NCBI RefSeq assembly: GCF_006345805.1
Contig: NC_043018.1
Coordinates: 8,742,001-8,806,000, forward strand
Direction: 5' to 3'
DNA: 64,000 bases
Source: Octopus sinensis
Lineage: Eukaryota
Shown here: positions 22,950-36,597 of the stretch, one piece after another
Position numbering within the stretch: the first letter of the stretch is position 1
Layout: each line of letters starts with the position of its first letter
Made by a program: the position numbers and the translations under genes
The notes under the pieces: generated by a model
What the model was told of the DNA's origin: nothing
Seen by the model: the letters and a program-made list of their open reading frames with translations, nothing else
The model's database searches: none

Positions 22950-24700
22950 AGTACCTTGGTAGATAAAGCAATTAAGGACATGAAGACGGAAAGCACCTGG
23001 CCCATCAGGAATCACCGCTGAGATGTTTAAAGTATAAGGCGGTGTGGGTTATGGTCTTGTCACCTGCATTGTAAATCAGGTAGTTTGGGTCATACCCAAT
23101 GACTGGTGTAGCAGCACCATAGTCAACTGCTACAAGGGTAAAGGTGATGCTTTAGATAGAAATAACTACAAGGGTATCAAATTATTGGATCAGGTGATGA
23201 ATGTTACTGAGAGGGACATATCCCAACTAATTAGGGATAGAGTTAACCTAGATGAGATGCAGTTTGGTTTTGTGTCAGGCAGAAGCACCAATGATGCTAT
23301 ATTTCTGGTAAGGCAACTGCGGGAGAAATATCCAGCCAAAGACAAACCTCTGTACTTGGCTTTTGTTGACTTGGAGAAAACCTTTGACAGGGTCCCCTGA
23401 TTTCGTATCTTGTGGTCAATACGGAAACTGGGGATAGACAAGTGGCTGGTAAGAGTTGTACAAGCCTTGTACAGGGATGCTGTCAGTAAGGTGAGGATTG
23501 GCAACAAGTATAGTGAAGAATTCCAAGTAGAAGTAAGGGTCCACCAAGGATCAGTCCTCAGCCCCCTCTTATTCATCATAGTCCTCCAGGCAATAAAAGA
23601 AGAATTCAAGACACGCTGCTCCCTGGAAGCTCCTCTATGCTGATGACCTTGCTCTAATAGCCGAATCACTGCCAGAACTAGAGATGAAGTTTAGGGTGTG
23701 GAAGCAAGGTCTAAAATCGAAGGGCCTTAGAGTTCACATAGCAAAAACCAGTCTTAGTGAGAAGGAAGGTTGTCAAATCACAAACCCCTTCAGGTAGATG
23801 AGCCTCTTTGATCTGTAGAAAAGGTGTAGGTAGAGACTCCATATGATGTACCCGGTGTAAGCTATGGACACATAAAAGGTGCAACAATATCAAAAGGAAG
23901 GTTAACTGGGAAGACAGATTTTGTGTGCACAGGGGCAATAAACACTGAAGATGTACAGAGAACAGATTCCCTCATATGCCAGGGGTTAAAACTAGAAGTA
24001 GTTGATAGCTTCTGCTACCTAGGCGACCAAGTCTGTAGTGGAGGTGGTTGCTCTGAGAGTGTAGTGGCTAGAATAAGAATAGCCTGGGCAAAGTTCAGGG
24101 AGCTCCTACCTCTGCTGGCAACTAAGAGCCTCTTGCTCAGGATGAAAGGTAGACTGTATGATACATGTGTGCAAACTGCCATGCTACATGGCAGTGAAAC
24201 ATGGGCCATGACTTCTGAGGACATGCGTAGGCTTGAAAGAAATGAAGCTAGTATGATCCGCTGGATGTGTAATGTCAGTGTGCATACACGACAGAGTGTA
24301 AGCATCCTGAGAAAAAAAATTGGGTATAAGAAGCATCAAATGTCGTGTGCAAGAGATCCAACTGCGCTGGTATGGTCATGTGTTATGTATGGATGAGGAC
24401 AGCTGTGTGAGGAAGTGCCACTCCTTAACTGTGGAAGAGGTAGACCCAGGAAGACATGGGATGAGGTGGTGAAGCATGACCTTCAAACACTGGGCCTCAC
24501 AGAGGCAATGGCAGGAGACTGAGACCTTTGGAGATATGCTGTGATTGAGAAGACCTAGCAACTAAAGTGTGATTGCAGCCATGCATGTCCGGCCAGTTAA
24601 GAGTATCCCTGATGCTTCAGGTGATATGATATGCTTGAGAAGAGCTGTTGAGTCAAGTAAAACTAATATCATAGCTGTGGCCAGTGCCCCTTCACTGGCT
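22950..24700 (+). pseudogene. RTE-clade LINE ORF2 (reverse transcriptase) pseudogene
   Basis: RT motifs across frameshifts: NYKGIKLL, QFGFVSGRSTNDAIF, AFVDLEKTFDRVP, VHQGSVLSPLLF, LLYADDL (~23632-23652), YLGDQV, LHGSETWA; several stops. Confidence 0.9.
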
Positions 24701-24704
24701 CCTG

Positions 24705-25477
24705 TGCTGGTGTCCATGTGTGTATGAGTGGGAATGAATGTGCGTGTGTGTGTGTGTGAGGTGAATGAATGTGTGTGTGTGTATGTGTGAGTGCATGGAT
24801 GAGTGTGAGTGTGTGCGAGAGTGAGTGTGTGTGTGTGTGTGCGAGTGTGTGTATGAGTGTGAATGAATGTGCATGTGTGTGTGTGTGTGTGAGTGTGAAT
24901 GAATGTGTGAGTGTGTGTGCGAGAGTGAGTGTGTGCGAGAGTGAGTGTGTGCGAGTGTGTGTGTGAGTGTGAATGAATGTGTGTGTGTGTTGTGTGAGTG
25001 GAAGGAATGTGTGTGTATGTGTGAGAGTGTGTGCGACGAGTGAGTTGTGTGTGTGTGTGTGCAGTGTGTGTATGAGTGTGAATAATGTGTGTTGTGTGTA
25101 GTGTGTGTGTGAGTGAGTGTGAATGAATGTGTGTGGTGATGTGAGTGCATGGATGAGTGAGTGTGTGCGAGAGTTTGAGTGGTGTGTGTGTGTGCGAGTG
25201 TGTGTATGAGTGTGAATGAATGTGCGTGTGTGTGTGTGTGAATGAATGGTGTGTATGTGCGCAGTGTGAATGAATGTGCGTGTGTGTGTTGAGTGTGAAT
25301 GAATGTATGTGTGTGTATGTGAGTGCATGGATGAGTGTGAGTGTGTGCGAGAGTGAGTGTGTGTGTGCGTGCGAGTGTGTGTATGAGTGAATGAATGTGC
25401 GTGTGTGTGTGTGAGTGAATGAATTTGTGTGTGTGTATGTGTGAGTGCATGGATGAGTGTGAGTGTATGCGAGAGTG

Positions 25478-25524
<47 letters not shown>

Positions 25525-26690
25525 ATGTGTGAGTGCATGGATGAGTGTGAGTGTGTGTCCATGTGTGTATGAGTGTGAATGAATGTGTGTGTGTGCAGTA
25601 TGTGTGTGTATGAGTGCATGTATGGGTGTGAATGAATGTGTATGTGGTGAGTGCATGGATGAGTGCGAGTGTGTGTATGAGTGTGAATNNNNNNNNNNNN
25701 NNNNNNNNNNNNNNNNNNNNNNNNNNNNNNNNNNNNNNNNNNNNNNNNNNNNNNNNNNNNNNNNNNNNNNNNNNNNNNNNNNNNNNNNGGGTTGTGAGTG
25801 TGAATGAATGTGTGAGTGTGTGCGAGAGTGAGTGTGCGAGAGTGAGTGTGTTGCGAGTGTGTGTATGAGTGTGAATGAATGTGTGTGTGTGGTGTGAGTT
25901 TGTGAATGTGTGTGTATGTGTGATGTGTGCGAGGGTAAGCGAGTGAGTGTGTGTGGTGTGTGTGCGAGTGTGTGTATGAGTGTGAATGAATGTGCGTGTG
26001 TGTGTGTGTGTGTGAGTGTGAATGAATGTGTGTGTGTGTATGTGAGTGCATGGATGAGTGAGTGTGTGCGAGAGTGAGGGTGTGTGTGTGTGTGCGAGTG
26101 TGTGTCTGAGTGTGAATGAATGTGTGCGTGTGTGTGTGTGTGTTGTGTGAATGTGTGTGTGATGTGCGAGTGTGAATGAATGTGCGTGTGTGTGATGTGA
26201 GTGTGAATGAATGTATGTGTGTGTATGTGAGTGCATGGATGAGTGTGAGTGTGTGCGAGAGTGAGTGTGTGTGTGCGTGCGAGGTAGTGTATTGTGTATG
26301 AGTGATGAATGTGGCGTGGTGTGTGTGAGTGAATGAATTTGTGTGTGTGTATGTGTGAGTGCATGGATGAGTGTGAGTGTATGCGAGGAGAGTGAGTGTG
26401 AGTGTGTGTGTGTGTGTGGGTGTGTGTGCGAGTTGGTGTGTATGTGTGAGTGCATGGATGAGTGTGAGTGGTGTCCTTGTGTGTCATGGTGTGACATGAA
26501 TGTTGTGTGTGTGTGCATATGTGTGTGTATGAGTGCATGTATGGGTGTGAATGAATGTGTGTGTGTATGTGTGAGTGCATGGATGAGTGCGAGTGTGTGT
26601 ATGAGTGTGAATGAATGTGTGTATGTGTGAGTCCATTGTGAGTGTGAGAGTGTGTATATGTGTGTGTGTGTGTGGTGTGACGAGTTGGTT
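24705..26690. repeat. GT-rich compound minisatellite with recurring GAGTGCATGGATGAG and GAATGAATG motifs
   Basis: 11 spaced GAGTGCATGGATGAG motifs; source of the His/Thr-rich pseudo-ORFs of up to 734 aa. Confidence 0.9.
25689..25788. other. Assembly gap (100 N)
   Basis: Run of N. Confidence 1.
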
Positions 26691-26974
26691 GTTCTAACCA
26701 ATATAGAAAGAATAAGGTGCAGCAAAGCTGGAGACAAAGGTGTGAACCGGTTGGAACATGTGGCATTCATAACACCCAAATGTAGAGTAACACAAGAGAG
26801 TAACAGAGTACTCCTCCTTCTTACTTCCGACTTATTGAGACTATTGCTATGACCTACCTGGCCTTTTGTTTACCTATCCGCCTACTCACTTACTTTTCCT
26901 TTTATTTCACCTGTACACCTCCCTTCCTACATATTTACCTACACCTACATGACAATTAACATATGTTATAGGTG

Positions 26975-27560
26975 CAGGCATGGCTGTCTGGTAAGAAATT
27001 CACTTCTCAACCATTTGGTCCCGGGTTCAGGCCCACACGTGGCACCTTGGGCAAGTGTCTTCTACTATAGCCTTGGGCTGACCAAAGCCTTATGAATGGA
27101 TATGGTAGACAGAAACTGAAAGAAGCCCATCGTATATATATATATATACAAGTAAGCAACAAGAATATCTTCGGTAATTTGGAAGATTACTGAAGATATT
27201 CTTGTTGCTTACTTTGATTATAATCACCTCATAGATTTATATCGATAATACCATACAAAATTCTGGTGCATCTGACTTAAGTACTATATTCATTTGAATC
27301 TAAATTTTGCTGTATATATATAAATATGTATGTATGTGTGTATATATGTTTGTTTGCGTGTGTTTGTCCCACCAACATTGCTTGACAACTGATGCTGGTG
27401 TGTTTGCATCCCTGTAACTTAGCAGTTCGGTGGAAGAAACTGATAGAATAAGTACTAGGCTTACGCAAAAATAAGTCCTAGAATCGATTTGCTCGACTAA
27501 AGGCAGTGCTCCAGCATGGCCACAGTCAAATGACTTAAACAAGTAAAAGAGTAAAGAGTA
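26975..27560 (+). mobile_element. SINE family A with a 164-bp insertion in its (TA)n tract
   Basis: Head 26975-27148 and body ~27313-27560 are colinear with family A. Confidence 0.8.
27149..27312. mobile_element. Unclassified insertion with a terminal near-perfect hairpin
   Basis: TA|CA...TG|TA junctions; 23-bp perfect stem plus 6 bp and a 7-nt loop at 27150-27214. Confidence 0.55.
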
Positions 27561-30047
27561 TAAAGGCAGAAGTATACCTGCTGTGTTTCGCTTATTTTTG
27601 TGTGTTTTACTACATAAACATCACCAACTGCCTACCCTGAGTAATTACTGATGGCACGTGCCTGATACATACATGCCCCTACCTACCTGTCTTGCAACCT
27701 CCTCACCTAGGTAGGTGGGTTGCCAAGATATACAAGCCCACCCTGTCAGCTACCCTCCTACCCACCTTTTAACACATCTACATACCCACCTAGCTGTCTA
27801 TTTGCTTCCCCATCTATCTACCCACCCCACTCATCTACCCACAACACCTACCTAATTACAAACCCACAAAAGTACCCTCGACGTGATTAGAAAACTTGTT
27901 AAAAATAGCAGCCATATCTACCTCAAATCAAACACCTGCCACCTTAGAAAAGGATGCGTTGCTCTTGTCCAGTCCTCGGTTAGCTGCATAAGGGGGAAAA
28001 CAGACAGGATAGTCATGACAGGAACGCCTTTTAAGGGTGAGGTTTGGAGGGAGGGAGGGGGAGATCAAGTGTGAAGGGGTGGGGTGTGTGATTGGGGAAC
28101 AGGTGTAAGCATTTGGGTTAAGTCTACAGGTTGAGGAGATCCTTCTCTCTCTCCCCTACACCATTCCAGAGACCCTGTAAAGGGTCATGGATGCTGGCTC
28201 CTTCCTGCCAAAGCAATAAAAAAAAGAATAGCCCTGTAAATGTACAATGCTTGTTGCAACCATTCCAACTGAATCCATAAGGCTCCCTCCCACACAAACA
28301 TTTGCCATGTCACCCTCACATTCTCTCACTCACAGTCACACTCTACTTCAAGCACACGCTTCACTCCAATCACCCATACCTCACCACCATCCCACACCCC
28401 ACCTCAATCACACATCACGCTCCTTCACATTTGATTTGCTTCCCCCCCCTCTGCCCTGCTCTCTGCTTCCTCAAGACACCCTTCCTCAAGACCCTCCCAC
28501 TATACACCCACCACCCAACCCCATTCCACTCCATACCATGGGCTCTTAGTTCCTTGATGGAATTGTAGGGGGCGCTGTCATAACATATAATATACTGAGT
28601 GTCTTGGGTATTTTTGATGTTGTGGAGCTTTATCCCTCTCCAGGTGTGACTGTGGCTTGATTTCTTCCAGAAAAAGAGAAAGTGGTAGACAGAAAGGAAG
28701 AGTTAGAAAAAGAGAAGAATTGACCACAGTATATAACCGGTATTTTATTTTATTGACCCCCTCCCCAACCATCACCCTGCTTAAAAGATGGAAGGTAAAC
28801 TTGACCTTGATGGAGTTTGAACACGGGGAGCAAAGGGTTGAATAAAACCACAAAACAATCTCCTTTAAGGGCCAAAAAGTCTGCATACACATATGAACTC
28901 ACACACACACACACACACACACAAATACACATGCATGCACATACACACATACATACATGCTCATTTATGCACAAGCATACGCACATACATGCACACATAC
29001 AAACACACACCACATATACATACATGTACATACACACAAATACATAAAGGACCACCCCTGTCATCTCCATTATGGTCACTCCCATTACCATGCGATTATC
29101 ACTAAGACACTTCATCCTCAATACCTTGGCTCTAATACCCTCAAGGCTACCACTGCCACAATCACTGACACCACTGCTACGGTTTCTACCACAACCACCA
29201 CCACCACCACCACCACCACCACCACCACCTATAACAGAAACATCTACAACATCATCATCATCATCATCATCATCATAATTAGAAACCAGTGCGGTGACAT
29301 AATTGCAACGCCAGATTCTCCCCTCTCCCCACTCCCATTATCATCGCTACTGCTATCCCAATCCCTAGCAACATTACCTCCTGCTGAAACCACCACTGCC
29401 ACCACCACCACCACCACCCCACCACCACCACCACTACCACTGCCACCAGTGCCTCCATCCCCATCACTGCTACCACTGTTGCCACCATCAACATCAACAC
29501 CACTGCCACTGCCACTACCAGCCAGGTACTTTAACCACTACCACCACCACAAGAAAAGGATAACAACAACAACAATAGTAGGTGGTGGTGGTGGGGGGGG
29601 GCATCACCACTGCCACCACTATGATCACACAGTCCACCACTATACACCACCACCACCACCACCACCAGCCCACCCTCATCGCTCTAACCAACATCCATTA
29701 TCATCCCAGTCATCCTCAGGCTATCAACCCTCATCTACACAGCATCCAATAACAGGCTGCTGGTTTTGAAATTCTTTGTAGCACCTCATTTAACACACTT
29801 CCTACTTGCTCCCTCATTCTGTCCCCTACTCATTCTCTTTCCTTATCTCACCCTTACTGTTTTTCTTTACTTATTCACACCAGTTCCAACCCCTTTCAAG
29901 TTCAGGGAACCAACTTTCCTCAAACTAGTCGAGGAGAGTTGAGGGGGTCAGAAAACAGTTAAATTTTCCATCACCTACAACGCCTTGGAAACAAATGGAG
30001 CCTTTACAGCAAATAGCATGTTGACATGTGTGTGTGTATGTGTGTGT

Positions 30048-30079
<32 letters not shown>

Positions 30080-31147
30080 ACACATATACACACACATACA
30101 GACTCGCATATATTTAGAGATAAGTGTTTCCAAATGCTGATACAGCAGGCAATGAATATTAAGTAAACAAAACTCATTACATGTTTAGAGTTTCATATTT
30201 ATTTTATGGATTGCCTAAAATATTGCTTCTGGATTTAGTCTTTCCCTTTGTGACACCTTGGACAAGTGTCTTCCACTGTAACCTTGGTGTGATCAAAGCC
30301 TTGGAACTGACCAAAGCCTTGTAAGTGGATTTGGTAGACTGAAACTGAAGGAAACCCATGACATATATATATATATATATCGTTTAGCGTCCGTTTTCCA
30401 TGCTAGCATGGGTTGGACGGTTCTACTGGGGTCTGTGAAGCCAGAAGGCTTCATCAGGCCCAGTCAAATCTGGCAGTGTTTCTACGGCTGGATGCCCTTC
30501 CTATATATATATATATATATATAAATATATATAAATATACACATAGGCACACACACATATACATATACACACATATAAATTTAAATAATAAGGGTAAAAA
30601 TTGATATTAATTAGATTAATATCCATTTAAACCAGTGGCCTAACATATTGAAAAAGTCTGAAGATTCAGAAAAATTATATTACATACATATAAGAGGAAT
30701 GACCACTAAGTGGACATCCAATGTGCTAGAAGTAGTCTGGGAACCGAAACCACGATCCTCCAATTGCGCCTCCACTGCTGTTGCTGCTACTACTACTGCT
30801 CTTATTGTTGCTGTTGCTGTTGTCGTAGCCAGCATGTAATAAACCATATAGGTAACAATTAATACAAAATATAAAATTATGTAAATATAATTATAGTAAG
30901 GGCACTAATGAGCAATCCCATATGCTAGAAATAGATGCCAAATGGCCTTAAGAACTACATTATTTACCACATTGGCACAGGCTGAAAGCAAGGGAAATGA
31001 ACAAAAAAGATTTTTTTAAATGGTTTAACTATAGATTGGTTTCTGGTTTAGGGATGTAACTCCCTTTACCATCTTCAGTAGGGTACAACTCATGTGGTAC
31101 TACCCATTAGTACCTTTACTATAATTATATTTATATAATTATATATT

Positions 31148-31184
<37 letters not shown>

Positions 31185-31259
31185 CACACACACACACTAA
31201 AGTGAGTTCATGCTTCGCAGGATGGCCTGCTGTGCTTATGTTTGATCGTAGGGCAACCT

Positions 31260-31595
31260 GCTGTGCTTGAGGAGACCTATTGAGTCAAGTATATCAACAT
31301 CAAAATGAAAATCAAATGGAAATTGTAGTTGTGATACCTGTGCCGGTGGCATGTAAAAAGCACCAGCCGATCGTGGCCATTGCCAGTCTCCCCTAGACCC
31401 TGTGCCAGTGGCACGTAAAAAGCACCCACTACATTCATGGAGTGGTTGGCGTTAGAAAGGGCATCCAGTTGTAGAAACACTGCCAGATCAGACTGGAGCT
31501 TGGTGCAGCCTCCTGGCTTCCCAGACCCCAGTCGAACCATCCAACCCATGCTAGCATGGAAAGCAGATGTTAAACGATGAGGATGATGATGATGA
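31260..31595 (+). mobile_element. Family D (RTE-tail) repeat
   Basis: Ends CCCATGCTAGCATGGAAAGCAGATGTTAAAC(GAT)n. Confidence 0.8.
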
Positions 31596-31599
31596 CACA

Positions 31600-31639
<40 letters not shown>

Positions 31640-32225
31640 TGTGTGTGTGCCAGTACTTGTCTCCCACCCACCATTTGACAACCAGTGTTGGTGTGTTTAT
31701 GGTCCTGTAACTTGGTGGTTTGGCAAAAGAGACTGATAGAATAAGTACCAGGTTTAAAAAAATAATAAGTACTAGGGTCGATTCGTTTGACTAAAATCCT
31801 TCAAGGTGGTGCCCCAGCATGGCCACAGTCTAATGGCTGAAACAAATAACAGAATAAAGATAATAGATACTATTCCAACTCTTAATTAAATTATAAATAA
31901 AAAAAAAAGCAAAAGGAAAAAGACAATGAGAATTTAATTAAAACCTGATTGTTTGAGTATTCAATTAAATTTATTTGTTAAATTAAAATAAGTTGTGTTC
32001 TATAGAAAGAGATGAGTTGAGTTCTGACATAATGGTCAGATGTTTTCTTTGAAATGTTTTGGAAGGTTCTACGTAAACAGCCGATTCCTGCCACCTGACT
32101 CATTTTCTTCAAAGAACGGCCTTGTCTCTAACGTCAGAACTTCCAGGAATTTATTTCATTTCAGGAAGTTTATTAACTGATTTTAAGAGTTATATTTTTC
32201 AGCACATGCCATCATCATCATCGCC

Positions 32226-32271
<46 letters not shown>

Positions 32272-32339
32272 CTACCAGGTCTAAGCTATGAGCGATGATC
32301 TCTAACTAAACAACTATGAAAATCATGAATAACTTCCAT

Positions 32340-32716
32340 GTGGTAAGTAGCTTGTTTACCAACAACATGCTTCCGGGTTCATTCCCACTGCGTGGCACCT
32401 TGGGCAAGTGTCTTCTAGTATAGGATTTGGGCAAGTGTCTTCTAGTATAGGATTTGGTAGACAGAAACTGAAAGAAGTCCGTCGTATATATGTATATATA
32501 TATGTATGTGTGTGTATATGTTTGTGAGTCTGTATTTGTCCCCCAACATCGCTGTTGTGTTTACGTTCCCGTAACTTAGCAGTTCAGCAAAAGAGACCAA
32601 TAGAATAAATACTAGGCTTCCAAAGAATAAGAAGTCCTGAGTCGATTTGCTCGACTAAAAGGTGGTGCTCCAGCATGGCCGCAGTCAAATGACTGAAACA
32701 AGTAAAAGAGTAAAAG
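32340..32716 (+). mobile_element. SINE family A with an internal 28-bp tandem duplication
   Basis: TGGGCAAGTGTCTTCTAGTATAGGATTT occurs twice at ~32401-32456. Confidence 0.8.
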
Positions 32717-32732
32717 ATTAGTTTCTTGCTCT

Positions 32733-33006
32733 CAGTGCCAGATTTACTATTGTGCATAGGTGTGCTTAAGCACAGGGACCCATCGACCAGGGTGGGCCTA
32801 TCTTCCTATGTAAAATAATTTTTAGGATGAATTTTTCAAATGTCAAACATTTAAATATTTTTCCTAAAAGTTATAAAGTGAAATTAATAATGTGAATGCT
32901 TTTACACATTATTTTTCAACATAAAGGGGCCAAGTAAGGGACCCCCGAGTAAGGTGCTTCGTAACTTAACTAGCACAGGGTCTCATTTGTCCTAAATCCA
33001 GCACTG
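32733..33006. mobile_element. Putative hAT-type MITE
   Basis: 14-bp TIR CAGTGCCAGATTTA / TAAATCCAGCACTG (12 of 14 match); TSD weak (5 of 8). Confidence 0.5.
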
Positions 33007-33481
33007 CTTGGCCAGCTAGAAACAGCAGTTATATCTGCCTCAAATCACACCCTACAATCTCAGAAAATGACAAAGTAAATAATGTAGTTTTGTGTTTGTT
33101 GCTCACAGGAAAAGAACTGGTTATAGGACCTCATTTCATGTCATCCAAATTCAGGTGATTAATGACAGGTGGTGGGTGTGGAGATATAGAAAACAACTCA
33201 GTTATTATCATTGCAGAGATGTGGATACACACCCACACCCACACACAAACACACACACACACACACACATGTGGCATGCAAAAGCACCCATTACACTCTC
33301 AGAGTGGTTGGCATTAGGAAGGGCATCCAGCCATAGAAAACCATGCCAAATCAGACTGGATCCTGGCGCAGCCTTCCAGCGTGCCAGCCCAGTCAAACCG
33401 TCCAACCCATGCCAGCATGGACAACGAACGTTAAATGATGATGATGATATATATGTGTGTGTGTGTGTATATATATATATA

Positions 33482-33748
33482 CATAGTAGAGGAAAACCAC
33501 TATGTGGACACCCTCATGCTAGAAATAGATCCGCTATGGTCTTATCACTAAGAAATGTTCTCAAGAAAAATTTAGCAAAAACCAAAACGTAATCGAGCAG
33601 GACAAAAGAAAAAGCAATAAAAATATGGATTATTCGTATACATGTTTCACTATTAACATATTACGTAATTTTACTTACGTAGATCATCGGTGCGATCATC
33701 TAGTAGAATATAATAAGGGTATCCACATAGTGGTTTCCCTCTAATATG
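33482..33748. mobile_element. Tc1/mariner-type MITE (267 bp)
   Basis: 33-bp TIRs CATAGTAGAGGAAAACCACTATGTGGACACCCT with 3 mismatches; TA on both sides. Confidence 0.8.
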
Positions 33749-33856
33749 TATATAATACAATTTTACTGAACCTTCAGTTTTTTATATGCTAGACCACTGG
33801 TGTGAAATCGATGTTAATTAAATTAATATCTAATTTCTCAACCCTAATTTTAATTT

Positions 33857-33859
<3 letters not shown>

Positions 33860-33904
<45 letters not shown>

Positions 33905-33939
33905 GTATAGATATATATATGTATATATTTATAGATATG

Positions 33940-33981
<42 letters not shown>

Positions 33982-34133
33982 ATATATATATATATATGCT
34001 ATAATATATATATATGTATATATATATATAATATATATATATATGTATATATTATATATATGTTATATATAATATATGATATATATGTATATATTATAAT
34101 GTATATATATATTATATGTATATATATATAATG

Positions 34134-34170
<37 letters not shown>

Positions 34171-34183
34171 GTATATATATATG

Positions 34184-34237
<54 letters not shown>

Positions 34238-34292
34238 GGTATATATATATAATATGTATTATATATATATATAATATATATATTATATATAG

Positions 34293-34365
<73 letters not shown>

Positions 34366-34368
34366 ATA

Positions 34369-34400
<32 letters not shown>
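33860..34400. repeat. Long imperfect (TA)n microsatellite
   Basis: About 540 bp of almost pure A/T alternation. Confidence 0.95.
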
Positions 34401-34406
<6 letters not shown>

Positions 34407-34695
34407 TGAATGTAAGTCCCCTTTGACTAAATTAATACCCCCTTGAAACTATAAAATCACACATACAATAACACCTGTAATATTACAACAAATTTCTTTG
34501 GTTTCAATACCTGTAACTGTCCTCGCTACTTCCATGCCTCTTTTTAGGTTACCTTTATCTTTTCCTTGCTTCTAATTTTAATCCCCTCCCTCTTTATATG
34601 TAGGTTGTATATATATATTTCTTATTATTTTCTATAAATTCTTATCATTTTGTTTTCTTATTTTGATATTCTTATTTATTAACCTCTTATCCCTT

Positions 34696-35470
34696 CATCA
34701 TCATCATCATCATCATCATCATCGTTTAACGTCCGCTTTTCATGCTAGCATGGGTTGGATAATTTGATGAGGTCTGATGAACCAGATGGCGGCACAAGAC
34801 TCCAATCTGATCTGGCAGAGTTTCTACAGCTGGATGCCCTTCCTAATGCCAACCACTCCGAGAGTGTAGTGGGTGCTTTTACGTGCCACCGGCATGAGGG
34901 CCAGTCAGGTGGTACTGGCAATGACCATGCTCAAATGGTGCTTTTTATGTGCCACCTGCACAGGAACCAGTCTAGCGGCACTGGCAATGACATTGTTATT
35001 TTTCTTGATAGTAAAATATTTTCAGTTACTTAGGTCTGTGCAAGATACTTATACTATATTCATATAAGCATATAAATATTTGTGTATATGTATAGATGCA
35101 TATATGCAGATGTATATGTGTGTGTATGTAAATATATAAAAAAAAAACCTTTGTGTGTGTATCTGTATGCATTATTTTACGACACTTGTGCTGGTGACAT
35201 GTAAAAAGCACCGTCTGAACGTGGCAGATGCCAGCGCCGCCTGACTGGCGTCCGTGTCATTTGCCAGCCCCTTGGCCCCTGTGCTGGTGGCATGTAAAAA
35301 ACACCCCCTACACTTATGGAGTGGTTGGCATTAGGAAGGGCATCCAGCTGTAGAAACACTGCCAAACCAGACTGGAGTCTGGTGCAGCCTTCATGGCTTA
35401 CCAGACCCCAGTTGAACCGTCCAACCCATTCTAGCATGGAAAGCGGATGCTAAAAGATGATGATGATGAA
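34696..35470. mobile_element. Two family D repeats in opposite orientation (34696-34990 minus, 35165-35470 plus)
   Basis: Shared CTGGATGCCCTTCCTAATGCCAACCACTCC core. Confidence 0.75.
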
Positions 35471-35548
35471 AACAAAATCAGTTATACTAACCATTACCTT
35501 TCCATTCAGGTATTTACAAAGGGAAGCCATCCCTTCCTCGTAAGCCTT

Positions 35549-35610
35549 AGTGATACGCACCGGACCGTGGTTTCGAGATTATTGTCTCTTATCAACGGGC
35601 GGTAACCACC
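35549..35610 (-). ncRNA. Type I hammerhead ribozyme motif with U3-A8 core variant
   Basis: CCG-UUGAUAA-GAGA(CAAUAA)UCUC-GAA-AC(CACG)GU-C/CGG; all other core positions are canonical; GUC cleavage triplet; extendable stem I. Confidence 0.75.
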
Positions 35611-36546
35611 AGGTCACGATGAAAGGCAAGGCTTGCTTTGCAAATAAATAAGAGTTTTTCTAGTGACGTCTGCCACTGATTTCGAAAAACTGACTGTAAG
35701 CATTATTAAATCTCAGAGTGAGATGTAAACAGTAACCGCTCAACAACGTAAAGTATAAAAGCCATCTCAACATGGCCAACCACAAAGTGAGGGTGTTTCC
35801 TTTTAATGTTTATAATTGATACACACACACCTTTTAGTTATTTCTGTTATGATCTCATTGTGGAATTCTTAAATTTTATTTTATACAACATAACAATATT
35901 GTTTATAATCGTTCCCCCATTGTGCCCCTAATAAATTTTCCTCTATTTGCATTTTAAGTTTCTTAATGTCTTTCCTGGTAATTAACATCATGATTTAAAG
36001 TCTACCTTTACCCTGCCTCTTTTTTTATAGACAGTTACTCTTCCTAATTATATACAAAATTAACTCTTCCTAATGTTTTATTTCCTTTCTCTTGGAGAAA
36101 AGTGATACCTTTGATATTTATGACTACACCTAGCCATGAGCTGTCAACTCACTCATTTTCTTCAGCCAAAGTAGACATAGTTTTCTAGTCTCATATTTAA
36201 CAGATGATAAAGAGATAAATAAATTAGAAATGAATTACATCCCTTACAACCCCATGACCCTACTATGCAACATGCAATTCTAAGAAATAGTAGTCTATTC
36301 TTAGCTACTTTGCTACAATAGCAACAACATAGGTTTCTTCCATCTTACTCTGTTAAAATATTTAAGAAAAATTATATTAATGTTAAAAAATTCTATAGTT
36401 TGTGCAGCTGAAGATAGCACTGCATTTAAATTGATGTAATGATTGCATTGTTCAATTAAATGGAGCCACTTGAAACGGTTGTACTGCATTACTACATGAT
36501 ATCCTGTTACTTATTTTGATTATCTATCTTTCTATCTATCCATCTA

Positions 36547-36597
<51 letters not shown>

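Noticed and set aside
24705-26690. CRISPR-like repeat/spacer periodicity
   Set aside because: The spacers are themselves GT repeats, the context is eukaryotic and there are no cas genes
24562-26779. 460-734 aa His/Thr-rich ORFs
   Set aside because: Translations of a GT/AC satellite across an N gap; no non-repetitive coding signal
35740-35800. TATAAAA...CAACATGGCCAACCACAAA|GTGAGG as a possible first coding exon
   Set aside because: Only five codons, no downstream exons found, and the segment adjoins a probable retroelement ribozyme on the other strand
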